A DNA stretch of 63,999 nucleotides, counting the filler, from Diploschistes diacapsis (lineage: Eukaryota): NCBI GenBank assembly GCA_023645945.1. It is 4 parts of 4 records of this genome, joined end to end, with 100 filler letters (N's around TTAATTAATTAA, not from the genome) between each part and the next. Parts side by side here need not be neighbours in the genome. Positions count along the whole stretch, not along the records: positions 33,459 to 50,080 come from JALAIB010000496.1; positions 50,181 to 63,999 come from JALAIB010000632.1; 2 more parts are not named here. The stretch is one strand, 5' to 3'. The notes under the pieces are model-generated. The model saw only the letters and a list, made by a program, of their open reading frames with translations, did no database searches and had not been told where the DNA came from. Both the position numbers and the translations under genes were made by a program. Of this stretch, positions 48,738 to 60,384 are shown in pieces. Positions within the stretch are counted from its first letter, which is position 1; every line of letters starts with the position of its first letter.

Positions 48738-49178
48738 GGTTGAAGAGGTTGAAGAGGTTGAAGAGGTTGAAAAGGTTGAAGAGGTTGAGCCAACGTGTCG
48801 CCCCCCCCGACGCCTTAATTCTGGCAAACTGGCAAACCAAGGAATAGGGCAACCTACACGGCCGAGAAGGGAAGGAAGGCTGTCTCTCGCACAGCAAACC
48901 AAAGGCAAAAGGCCAGGATGCTTTGCATGCAGAACAGTAGAAGTCAGCATGGTGAGGTATAAGAACTAGGGACGGTCTGGGAGTTGTAAGGAATAAGCTG
49001 GAAATGGAAATGGAAATGGAAATAGAAATAGAAATAGAAATGGGAATTCGAACAGGAGAAGGCAGCAAGACATCTGATTGGCCCGAGCACCCACCGCAGG
49101 TTAAACGAGCACACAAATATATAATAATATAAATAATATAATATCATATCATATCATATCATATCATATAATATAATA
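48738..49178. repeat. Tandem repeat cluster: (GGTTGAAGA)n 48738-48788, (GAAATR)n about 49000-49042, (ATATC)n in an AT-rich tract 49117-49178
   Basis: Directly visible, immediately upstream of NOB1. Confidence 0.85.
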
Positions 49179-49221
49179 TCCTATCTACTTAATTTAAGTA
49201 CTGCTAATTGACGACGCCGCC

Positions 49222-50080
49222 ATGGACGAGGACAGGAAGCCAGTTCACTCTATCGTCCTGGATGCGGCACCTTTGCTCACCAATAGTCCTTCCATCTCAA
49301 GCCTTCTGAAGACATCCGAGCAACTTTTCACAACACCTTCAGTCATATCGGAAATCAGAGATCCAGTCGCAAGGTCCAGACTTGAGACTGTCGTTGTGCC
49401 TTTTCTCACAGTGAGGATACCGAGTGCATCGAGTATCCAAATCATTGCAGATTTCGCCCGTAAAAGCGGTGACCTAGCTGTATTGAGCAGGACGGACTTG
49501 GAAGTCCTCGCCCTATCATATGAACTAGAGTGCGAACGAAATCGTGGCGACTGGCGGCTACGGAGAACACCCGGCCAGAAGGAACTCAACGGATCACCAC
49601 CGAAGCAGGAACAAGATACACAGGGCCAAAATGTCAAGGGAGCCACCCTAGTCAAGATCCCCGAGCCACAGAAGCCAGAGGATGATGTTGATTTGGAGCA
49701 AAATGGCCCAGCCTCTCTGAAGGACCAAGACCAAGCAAATCTTACGGTGCGTCAAGACTCGGATGCCATTTCTGGAGAAGAAGAGCATGGCATGGGCCAT
49801 GGGATCTCGCACCACGAAGAATCCGAACAGGTCGACAATGATACCCAACCACACACTGAGCAGATCTCGTATGCACAGATTGCTCGACGTGACCTGACCA
49901 GCCTCAATATTCCCATGAAGTCGCTCAACCTTGACGAAGGCAAAACATGCAGCCCTCCAAAAACCAATCCCCCCCACTCACCAAAGCCCCAAACCGAGAA
50001 AGAACCCCAAGGATCCGCAAAGGACGCCCCCGAGCCCGATTCCGACTCCGATTCCGCCTCTTCCGAAGGCTGGATAACCC
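49222..50080 (+). CDS. NOB1: 20S pre-rRNA D-site endonuclease Nob1 (3' truncated)
   Basis: PIN domain SIVLDAAPLL, PSVISEIRD and FARKSGDLAVLSRTDLEVLALSYELECE, then an acidic linker ending EGWIT at the contig end. Confidence 0.93.
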
Positions 50081-50180
50081 NNNNNNNNNNNNNNNNNNNN
50101 NNNNNNNNNNNNNNNNNNNNNNNNTTAATTAATTAANNNNNNNNNNNNNNNNNNNNNNNNNNNNNNNNNNNNNNNNNNNN
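50081..50180. other. Artificial contig spacer N44-TTAATTAATTAA-N44
   Basis: Same 100-nt structure. It truncates NOB1 and AP-3 mu. Confidence 0.97.
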
Positions 50181-51850
50181 CCCTCCACCACCGCCACCAT
50201 TACCTGTCTGATAGCCCGCCTGCTCCGCCTCGTCCGTCGCGGGGTCGTACTCTTCGAAGCCCCTCGGCAGCCCGCCGTCCAGCCCCGCGCCGGCAGCGGC
50301 GTCGATGTCCGCGGCTCTCCCTTCCAGCGGTCCGACGACCGTGCAGCGCAGAGTGGCCGTTCCGCCCTGCGCGGCTTCCTTGCTGCTCAGCCTCCATTCT
50401 ACTATGCGCTCTGTTGCTAGGAAGTTGGCTTCGCCCCGGCTAGCCCTTGTGACTAGCACGTTGCGCGCGGCTTTAGGGATGGGGACAGTGACGGACAGGT
50501 CCGCTAGGCTTGGCGCCGAGGAGGAAGAGGACCCGAGGCCGCTGAAAAAGGAGGAGGTGGGTGTGCTGGAGCGTGGACCGCCGCCTAGGCCGGGTGGGGA
50601 GGTGTAGGAGGAAGCGGCAGAAGAGAGGTTGGTGGCGGGGTTGGCAATGCTAGTCTGGCCGGAGCTTGTGGGTAAGGAGAGGGAGAGGCGGACTTCGAAG
50701 TCGAGCCCTGCTGGGCCCAGAGAGGTATCGACCAGAATGGTGGCTGGGATGTTCAGGTTTTTAGGGCTTGCCGAGGTTGGTGCCGTCCAGTCGTGGTCTG
50801 GTAAGAGATTGACCTCGTACCCCGCAAGCAAAAACTTCCCGTCCGGCGGCACGAAGCTCAGTTCTCCTGGCCTCTCTTTCCACCGTGCTAACCTCACGCA
50901 CGGGTGGAAGGTCGGCAGCTCGATTACTCGGCTGAGAGTGTGCCTGCCGGAGGGCACAGTGAGGTTCAGAAGTAGGTCCGGTACGCCGGAAATTTTGGCG
51001 GTGAAGAGAATGGAGCCGTTTGCAATGGCGGATAAGGGGCGCCCCGAGGGTGCGAGGATGACAGAGAGCGTTTCAAGTATGTCGACATAAAGCTCGTTGG
51101 AAGTGTGCTTTACATTTGCGCGGCGCCAGGGAATGGCGAGGGCGGAAGAGGGAGAGGGCTGTAGTGAGGGCTGGAATTGAGAGCGAAGATTGCCGGAAGA
51201 GAAATTAAGGGATGGGGAGGAGCTGCACCCCATATAAGAACACGACCAGTGATGAGAGAAATACACGATAAAGGAACACATGTCAAAGCAAAGGAAGATA
51301 GTTGAACGACGTAGTGCAAGCTGGACTTACCCCTGAAGACCGACTCCACTGAGGAGCTTGTCCATCCACCCCGGCATCTCGACAACATCGCGCAGGGCAT
51401 TAGGTTCTGTATTTGCAATGCTGCCTGCATCGCATATCTCGTTTAATAACTGCGCCACGACATCATAAGAGCTCTCGATCTTGGTTGTCAGGAGGGGAGC
51501 GCCAAGGAATTCCTCGAGAACATCGGTTAAACGATGTAGAAACTCTAATACAAAAAAGGGCTCAACTTCCCTAGAGGCGGGAACGAGAAAGACGAGATTT
51601 GCGTGGATTATGGAGAACAGAAGAGTGGGCGGCTTGGTCTCTGTGATGTATGTAAGAGAGGGCCGGGGAGCGGGATGCGCCAGGTAGAGCGGTAGCAAGC
51701 TCCGCGCCGAGGGTGGGCGATCACGGTAGACATGTTCGAGGATGATCTCGCTGCACTCATCAATTACTTCAAAGTCCTTTGGATTCATGGATTTGGGACT
51801 CACTTGTTGTGATCAATTATATAAAGCGCCTCAATGGCGTTGCTGGTCAT
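50181..51850 (-). CDS. APM3: AP-3 adaptor complex mu subunit-like (3' truncated)
   Basis: MTSNAIEALYIID, VLEFLHRLTDVLEEFLG, TEPNALRDVV, IPWRRANVKHTSNELYVDILE, FHPCVRL and LSFVPPDGKFLLAGY. Two GT-AG introns. Confidence 0.87.
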
Positions 51851-52020
51851 AATGGAAGCATCAGGAATAGTGACGGCTGGGTTGGGAGCTAGATATTCGT
51901 TTGCGATCCGAGCTCTTGACTTGGCGCAGCCCTAACCAATCAGAACTTCAAGCTCCCCAAACGCAGGTTTTTGATATAAAGCTACCTGCAGTATCTGGTC
52001 TCCAGAAGTGACGACTCAAG

Positions 52021-52387
52021 ATGGCGAAAGATGAAATTCCTACCACAAAAGCGGGCATTTATCAGCTTCAGCAGCCTGAGAAGTTAAGCAAAGTCCTATC
52101 CGAAGGCCAAGAGGTCGGTGACTGCACGTCCTGCCGGATAATGGGTATGAAATACTTCAGCTCTCTTTGGAAAGCTCAGAGGGATATCCACTGACAATGA
52201 AGAAGGAGCAGCGACTTTTGCTGGGCTCGGCGCATACACCTATTTCACTGGGCAAAAGAACTTGCAATTGCAGCGGAATAAGATCTTGAGGAGCGGTTCT
52301 AGGTTTGGCATACAATCAAGGCAAATGGGTATCACAGGAATGGCTGCAGTGCTGGTGGGAGTAGGGTTCTATAGGCTAGTGAATTGA
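52021..52387 (+). CDS. DUF4536 / DMAC1-like small membrane protein
   Basis: Exons 52021-52144 and 52206-52387: ...GDCTSCRIMGAATFAGLGAYTYFTG...MAAVLVGVGFYRLVN*. CxxC followed by two TM segments. Not in the ORF track. Confidence 0.82.
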
Positions 52388-52787
52388 GATGAAGTCTTGA
52401 GCACAATGCCCATTGCATGGACGCAATCCACTTAAGGACGATTACGGCAACTAGCGCAATCCAGGGAGAGGACAGGAAAGCTAGATCTTACCAGCAGAGA
52501 GCTACGTGCCTGTAAGCAAGGTGGATGTTACTGAGGTTAAGACTGGGTTCAATACATTAAAAGGAGGTTCGATCTAACTGAAGAGTGTGAGGGTGTGATA
52601 CTTCTGTACTGCATGGTGGACTTGATACTGGCCAAAAGAACTCAAGAGCTTATAAACTTCAACTGATTCGTCACATGGAAAAAAGAACAGAACAACATCC
52701 AAAAGTCAAAAAACCTAGGAGATGCCCATTGTGCAATGGACACCTGATACCTGCCGTCCAAGCGATATTCTACAACCTCCTTGAAAA

Positions 52788-52831
52788 CCTCCGCAAGACT
52801 TCCGAAAGACTTCCGCAAGACTTCCGCAAGC
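52788..52831. repeat. 11-bp tandem repeat (CTTCCGCAAGA) x4
   Basis: Four near-perfect copies. Confidence 0.85.
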
Positions 52832-53385
52832 GCCCACCTGATCAGCAGGATCTTTACTTTTGAGCCAGTGACTACCGACGGTACTGGTCTTTATTAGAGG
52901 CAAGGAGATTTCAAATGCGCCAAGGTCAATATCGGGGCCTAAGCCGGTTCTGCCTATAACCACGCTCATCAAGCCAAAGTGAGCAGCAAACCACAACCAT
53001 AACTGCCCAAAAGAAAAAATGAGATAAATGCATCAATGGGACTTAGGAGCTAGGATTGGGAAGATCTTAGCGGCTTGAAGTTGAGGAAAGGTTGGAGAGG
53101 AATGACATGTGGTGAAGAGTATGGAACAACTATGTCACATTGGATGACAGGAATGAATAGGTTCAGCAGGTAATGATCATACCATTAAGCCCCCAAAGTA
53201 GCAATTCGCTGTATAGCTAGCCATGCAGATTCATAAACGATTGAGGGTATCTCGTCGTTCTCGTCACTAAGAAACCCTCGCCATATGCCCATTCTATGCG
53301 ACGCTGACCCGTCATGATAGGACTCCTATGATGATGGAAGAAGATGATGCAACCCCTCCCAAAACTCCAAACGATATCAATCACA

Positions 53386-54165
53386 TCAACCCATCTTTCC
53401 CCGTTTTGCGGACCGGCTTGAACTATCCTTGCTGTCGCCTATGCCAGATATATCAAAAAACTCGCCATATGGAAACTTCCTCTTTGATCCACCTCCCGAA
53501 CCTAGTACCCTTGCTGAGATTGCTCGGTGGCCTTGCTTATTGTTTTTCTTAGATTGACGTGTCGTTCGAGGGCTCGCTTCAGGCCTAGTAGCGGATTGAG
53601 TAGCTGTGTCATGTGTCTGCATCTCGAGATCCTTAGGATAAACGTGTGGCGATTCAAAGGCGAAAGATGCAGAAGTTGGCACTGTAGCCGCATGCCTTTG
53701 TGGTTCTGGGTTTTGAGAAGCTGGGTCTTCGGTTTTGTGGGCTTCAAGCCTAGGTTGTTGTCGTAAGGGAGACGATTCGGGCTGGATCGGAGATGGGCTT
53801 TTCTCCTTGTCTTGCTCTTTGTCGTCGTCGCTCTCACTGGCGGCTTGGTGTTCTTGGTGTTCTTGTTGTTCTTGCTGGTCCTGAGTTGCTTGATTTGTAG
53901 GCCGGTCTTCGAGTCGCCCAGTAGCCCACTGCCTGACTAACCATCCCTCACCATCCCCCAACCCCAAATGTCTTTGGTCAAGGAAAGCCAGCAAATCGTC
54001 TAAAGCATCTTGGTATCCGGATGACCGCACCTGTACTTGTCCAGATACGGCTTCTCTGTAGAGTGTCGTCACCGAGACCGCTGCTGCCTTGAAAGCTCGA
54101 AGCAATTCTTCAGAAGGTTGATTTGAAGTTGGGAGTGATCGATTTAGGCTTCTCATTGAGTCCAT
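53386..54165 (-). CDS. Conserved fungal hypothetical protein
   Basis: 259-aa ORF: MDSMRSLNRSLP, LLRAFKAAAVSVTTLYR, GYQDALDDLLAFLD, GDGEGWLVRQWA and C-terminal GSKRK...FFDIS...KRGK (NLS-like). Confidence 0.85.
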   Translation of the reverse strand: MDSMRSLNRSLPTSNQPSEELLRAFKAAAVSVTTLYREAVSGQVQVRSSGYQDALDDLLAFLDQRHLGLGDGEGWLVRQWATGRLEDRPTNQATQDQQEQQEHQEHQAASESDDDKEQDKEKSPSPIQPESSPLRQQPRLEAHKTEDPASQNPEPQRHAATVPTSASFAFESPHVYPKDLEMQTHDTATQSATRPEASPRTTRQSKKNNKQGHRAISARVLGSGGGSKRKFPYGEFFDISGIGDSKDSSSRSAKRGKMG

Positions 54166-54407
54166 GCTGAAGCCTTAGATTAGTATTTAGCTATGTTTCT
54201 TTATGAATTGGGACAAAGTAATTTTTACTGTAGGCAGCCGTTATTAAGACGGAATTGGCCTGGTAACGATGTGTCTCAGGAAGAAGTGGTAAGCATATAA
54301 AGAGGGATTGCTTTCGAATACAGCCGGTAGTGAATGATCGATGGTACACGAGATGTGTTTGCTGGTAGACAGTAGCAGCAAGTTCTTGTTTGCGGGCTTC
54401 TTCGATG

Positions 54408-54409
<2 letters not shown>

Positions 54410-54438
<29 letters not shown>
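54410..54438. repeat. (GT)n microsatellite in a divergent promoter
   Basis: Directly visible. Confidence 0.9.
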
Positions 54439-54903
54439 ATCTATCGCCATCGTTAACTTCAAGGAACCCCGGTTGGGCGTTGAGGCGCATGCAGCACGCT
54501 AGTCTTATATTATACAAATCTAGTCTTGCATCATGATAATGGCAGATAGTTCCACCAATGACAGAGCTAGACATTGTTTTTGTCGTTGAAATAACTGATA
54601 TCGACCAATACGGAAGAAGTACTTCAAATCTATTTTTCTGATTGGTAGAAAATACCATCCATCTATATCGACACAAGAACTTAATTATTCAGGAACATCA
54701 ACACCCACCGTTCACGCTTCTACAAATGTCTCCAGAATCAACTCACCTACCCTAATTACGTGTGACTAATGGGCACCACATCAACAGTCTCTTTTGCTGG
54801 CCTTGAGAGCTCGAAACCATTGTCTTAAGACTCCGTGCAAAGATCTCAAACTTCTTGACCAACGCGCCTCTGCGCTATCGGGCCCACGCCCGCATATTCA
54901 CTT

Positions 54904-57900
54904 ATGTCGCCGCACACCAAGTCAGATTTCGAAGACGTAGAAATGGCGGACGCTAACAATCATTCTGGAGATGCTGTGCAGGTGAATGGCAATGCCGTAA
55001 GTTATTTGTCTCCTTGCATGACACGTCTTACTTGTGCTACACTTCACGAATGCTTGTCTTTTTTCTCCATACTCTACCTTTCTAGCAGAAGACTATACTA
55101 ACAAAAACTGTATAGGATACGCCAGATTACACTGTAAGCCAGATGCAAAGCTTGCCCGAGACTTGTTGCTCAGCTAACCCTTCTTTGCCTAGGACTCCGA
55201 AACACACCCAAATACCTCTGCCAGCAGCGTCGCCGGCGACACTGTCGCCTTAGATGGCCGCAAGCGCAGAGCGGTAGAGCATCAAATGCGAAAAAAGGCC
55301 CTTGGGCAAAAGCACGATCGTCTTGATGAATCAAAGGTCTGCACTTTCTTTCCATGCAAGCTCATCGCGCGCCTAACACCCACTAGGAGGACGATTCGTT
55401 ACGCCGTTTTCGATACCTTCTTGGTCTTACTGACCTCTTTCGCCACTTCATTGAAGCGAATTCGGATCCGCGCATCAAGGACATTCTAGCGGAGATTGAT
55501 CGGCAAGATGCGGAAGAGGCGCAGAAAGGCCACAAGACTGCCGGTGGTGCTGGAGCTAAAAGAGGCCGGAGAACGGAGAAGGAGGAAGATGCCGAACTTG
55601 TGAGAGAAACGAAGGAATCGCAGACAATATTCCGCGATTCACCAGCGTTCGTTCAGAACGGTACAATGCGCGATTATCAAATCGCTGGATTGAACTGGCT
55701 CGTGTCTCTGCATGAAAATGGAATCTCTGGTATTCTGGCTGACGAAATGGGATTGGGGAAAACGCTTCAGACAATTTCATTTCTTGGATACCTCCGCTTC
55801 ATTGGCGATATTAAAGGACCTCATCTTGTTGTCGTCCCCAAATCCACACTGGACAATTGGAGGCGAGAATTCGAGAAGTGGGTTCCAGAGATTAACGTCT
55901 TGATCCTCCAAGGTGCCAAGGAAGAGCGGCATAAGCTCATGAACGATCGCCTGATCAAGAAGGAGGATTTTGACGTGTGCGTCACAAGTTATGAGATGAT
56001 TCTCAGAGAAGCAGCGCCTTTGCGGAGATTTGCCTGGGAATACATAATCATCGACGAAGCTCACCGTATCAAGAATGAGAAGTCCTCACTGTCCGAACAA
56101 TTGCGCACCTTCAAATCCCGTAATCGTCTCTTAATTACCGGCACCCCTTTACAAAACAATCTACACGAACTCTGGTCTCTTCTAAATTTTCTGTTACCCG
56201 ATGTCTTTGGTGACTCCGCTGTTTTCGACTCCTGGGTCTCTCGTCAGGAAGAAGGCGAAGATAGCGTCGTCCAGCAACTTCATCGTGTCCTGGCTCCCTT
56301 CCTCTTACGTCGTATCAAATCAGATGTCGAGAAGGAGCTAAAGCCAAAAAAAGAGCTTATCATACCAACACAATTGACTCCGATGCAGATCAAGTGGTAT
56401 AAAAGGATCCTGGAAAAGGACATTGACGCAGTCAACAATGCCAACGGGAAGCGCGAGAGCAGGAACCGACTCCTGAACATTGTCATGCAACTCAAGAAGT
56501 GCTGCAACCACCCTTATCTATTCGACGGAGCCGAAGAGGGCCCTCCCTACACCCAGGAGATGCACATTGTCAACAATTCCGGGAAGGTAGCCTTCCTACA
56601 CAAGCTACTAGCTCGCTTGAAAAAGCAGGGTAGCCGAGTTCTCATTTTCTCGCAAATGAGCCGTATGCTTGACATCCTCGAGGACTACTGTTTCTATATT
56701 GGAAATCACAAGTATTGTAGGATTGACGGTGGCACGGCCCATGAAGATCGCATAGCAGCCATTGACGAATTCAACAGAGAAGGGTCAGAAAAGTTTCTCT
56801 TCCTATTGACGACTCGTGCTGGTGGCTTGGGTATCAATCTGACTTCTGCCGATATTGTTATTCTCTTTGATAGCGATTGGAATCCGCAAGCCGATCTGCA
56901 AGCCATGGACCGTGCCCATCGAATTGGACAGACTAAGCAAGTTGTGGTCTACCGATTTGTAACCGACCAGTCAGTTGAGGAGAAAGTCTTAGAACGCGCT
57001 GCTCAGAAGCTGCGGCTAGATCAGCTTGTGATTCAGCAGGGTCGCGGACAACAGGCGGCGAAGGCGCAAGCCTCGAAGGACGAGATTCTGGGTGTTATTC
57101 AGCATGGCGCAGCTGCGAGGATGCAACAATCGGAGGGTGCTGGCTCCACGGAAAATTTGGAGCTCGACGATGCCGCGTTTGAAGAGGTGCTCACACGCGG
57201 AGAGGAAAGGACGGCCCAAATCAACGCCAAGTATGAGAAGCTAGGCATTGACGACCTGCAAAACTTCTCGTCCGAAGGTGCATATGAATGGAATGGCCAA
57301 AAGTTTGAAGGTAGACCAAAAGTAGAGGTTGCCACAACCTGGATCGAGCCTGGCAAGCGAGAACGCAAGGACCAAATCCATGGCTATTCTGTAGACAAGT
57401 ACTACAAGTATGCCCTGTCAACAGGAAACAAACCGGCTGAAGAAAAAAAGAAGCAACCTGCAAAACTCAAGCAGCCTACGATCCATGACTTCCAGTTCTA
57501 TCCTGAGGAGCTCAGCTTTCTGTACGACAAGGAAAGAGCGTATCACAACAAAATCAATGATTACAAGGCAGAACTCCCGGAGGACGATGGGAAGACAACA
57601 GAGGAAGACCGAATACGTGATCGGGATCTGGAGCAGAGCGAGATCGACGCTGCCGTACCATTAACTGAAGAGGAAAAAGAGAGAAAAGAGGAACTTTTGC
57701 AGCAAGGCTTCGACAACTGGGGACGCCGCGATGTATCGCAGTTCCTTAATGCGGCCGGTTTACACGGGAGAACAGCATGGGGCAAGATTGCGGGCGAACT
57801 CGAGAACAAGACAGAAAAGCAGGTCCGCGAGTATGGTAAGGTCTTCTGGGCTCGCTGGCAGACGCTCGTCGATTACAAGCGTTGGAACGAGCAGATCACG

Positions 57901-58532
57901 GGAATTGAAGCGAGGAAAGAAAAAGAGCGCGAAATGAAGGTTGCCCTTAATTGGAAGATGTCCTTATACAAAGTGCCCACACAGCAAATGAAGATTGTCT
58001 ATTCCATCTCGACGACCAACAAGAAGGTCTACACCGAGGACGAGGATCGCTTCATCCTTTACATCCTCCACAAGCATGGCGTTGTAGGCGAAAGCATCAA
58101 TGAGACTCTCCGCGATGAGATCCGCGAGAGCCCGCTCTTCCGCTTCGATTGGTTCTTCCTGAGCAGAACGCCCATCGAGCTAGGGCGCCGCTGCACTACC
58201 TTGCTGAACGCTGTCGTGAAGGAGTACCAAGACTCGCGCAAATCCGGGAACGGCATCGTCAAGGGCCGTAGCCGCGAGATCGAGGAGGAAGAGGACTCGG
58301 ACGAGGCACCGCCGAAGAAGAAGGCGAAGAATGGCGTCACGGTATATCTCTCTGACAAACCCATTGGTGAAGGGTATCCCTAACAAAATCACAGAATAAG
58401 CAACTCAACGCCGTCAAAGGCAACAGCAAAGCCTCGACCGCCCAGACCTCCCGCGCCGCCAGCGTCAACTCGCGCGCCTCCACGCCCAAGGCCAAGGTCA
58501 ACGGCAAGGCGAAGAGCCACAAGAAAAAGTGA
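54904..58532 (+). CDS. ISW2: ISWI-family chromatin-remodelling ATPase
   Basis: Five exons including an 18-nt microexon at 55116-55133 (DTPDYT). Motifs GILADEMGLGKT, DEAHRIKN, QAMDRAHRIGQ and a HAND-SANT-SLIDE-type C-terminus (KVYTEDEDRF, SPLFRFDWFFLSRT). Confidence 0.92.
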
Positions 58533-59175
58533 GGCTGTTGCGCCCACCGGATTTTATGCTCTTTGACTGTTGCTACGAACACCTTTTTCTTTCTCATGAA
58601 TCGAAATTAGTCAGTGTATGCTTCCTAAGGATCAGGCGTTGTACGAGGAGCAAGCGGCAGGTTTCAACTTCATGGCTGCATGGCTCACTAGCTGGCTAGC
58701 TGGCTTACGGTTAGGCAGGCGTGGCATGAACGATGCTGGGTATGGAATACAGATACTTAAACATCACGAAACGGTGTCATGGGAATTACTTATGCTTTGT
58801 AGTCGAAGAGTCAAAGGGATTTCGGACTCGGGCTTGTTGTACTCTCGGCCTCTTTACCCATGGCTGTTAGATGGACTTGAGTAAGGGACTAGAATGGGCG
58901 GGAGGAATGGTGTAGGGAGAGTTGCGAAGCCATGATGTTGCATGCAAGACTGCTAGTTGTATAGGTTCAATTGCTGCCGAGCGAGAGGCGAGGGGGTTGC
59001 TCTGAGTGTTTGAGCTCCGGGGCAGTCGAGGAATGTCATTAATTACATACATTATTAGGCCAAATTTGCAGACAATACTGAAATAGATACTGAAGACATT
59101 GATCTTGAGTCGGTAAGTATTTGAGCCAACCATTCCATGAGCTCTTTCACGTCGTTCCTCCCCCCTTTGTGCACT

Positions 59176-60384
59176 TCATCTCAACCCCTCTACCTCTCCC
59201 TCCTTCGCGAAACACGACCTCCACCAACTCATCAAAGCCTTCCTCGAACGCCATCCAAGTATCCTGATACCACGTATACTACAGCGCCCTCGCCTTATAC
59301 TAATCACAACACAATAATCCGTACCCAGGTGCGAACTGCAAAAACCCCCACGTCGCCTTCCCAAACGCCTCCCTCTCCAACCCTTCCACCTCCACCAACG
59401 CCTCCCATGCCTTCCGAACCTCCTCTTCCTGTGCTCACTTCGTCACATCGATCCGCGTGGAGACATGGCTCGGCCTCAGCGCATCCAAGTCGTCCAGTCC
59501 CGCTATCGCCGCGTGATAGTCCACAATGGGTGGCCAGTCCGCTAGCTGGGCCCTGCTGGACATGCGCGGCGGCGATTTGCGGACGGACTGGTCCTTGGGC
59601 ACGGCGCAGGTGAAGCGCTGTGCGAACTTGGGCCACATGCTCTCCCACGTCTGTGTCGCCGTTGACGACGTTGAAGGCCTTGTTGCCGGCCTTGGGTTCG
59701 GTAGCGGCCCAGAAACAAAAGTGAGCGTGGAGGTTCGAGGAAGTTAAGGTGGTGGGCGCGGAGTAGAAGTAGTCGTTCCCTGGCCAGGGGAGTTGGCCAT
59801 CGAGCTGCCTGTTCACGGCGGCGTAGAGGGCCGAGGGAGGTGCAGAGGTTCATGGAATTGTTGCGGGAGTAGCCGGTTACGTCGTTGTGGTAGGTTACAA
59901 CCCAGTCCCAGGACCCTTTAGCAGCACGTTCCTTTAGTACGTCTTATTGGTAGTAATAGAAATTGGGGAGCCAGTCAGGGGCGTCAAGGAAGCTGATGAG
60001 CATAGCGCCTAGTGGCCGTGTCAGTATCAAGCAGCTTCCCCCAGTCGCAGGTGATCCTACCATTCACATTCCAATTTTGTTGTTCAGTATCATTCTGGAA
60101 GTAAGCAGCAAGGAAGAGTCTTGCTCCCAACGCCGTTCACTTGTTGAGCCATATCTTTGTCTGTACTAGTCAAGCCTATGTGATCGTGTTTCACATTGAA
60201 CGCATCTTTCTCCTTCTGGCTTCATGAAAGAGTGTGCACTGTCGGCCATGTCGAGGTATCTTTGCTGAGGCCATGAACTATCTCACGTCTGAGCATGCCT
60301 ATGCAGATCCGATTAGCCCAGAAAGCAGTAGATTGGCAATAGAAGCGAACCAGTGGCACCGGCTGTAACGATTATTGTTGGCAT
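59176..60384 (-). pseudogene. PRISE-family (progesterone 5-beta-reductase/iridoid synthase-like) reductase, disrupted
   Basis: MPTIIVTAGATG-MLRREIV, VHTLS*, FLAAYFQNDTEQQNWNVN, PNFYYYQ*D (TAA at 59946-44), AFNVVNGD and WENMWPKFA. Several stops and frameshifts. 3' end approximate. Confidence 0.85.

Noticed and set aside
43255..51850. AP-1 mu and AP-3 mu close together as an adaptor gene cluster
   Set aside because: They lie on different contigs separated by an artificial spacer.
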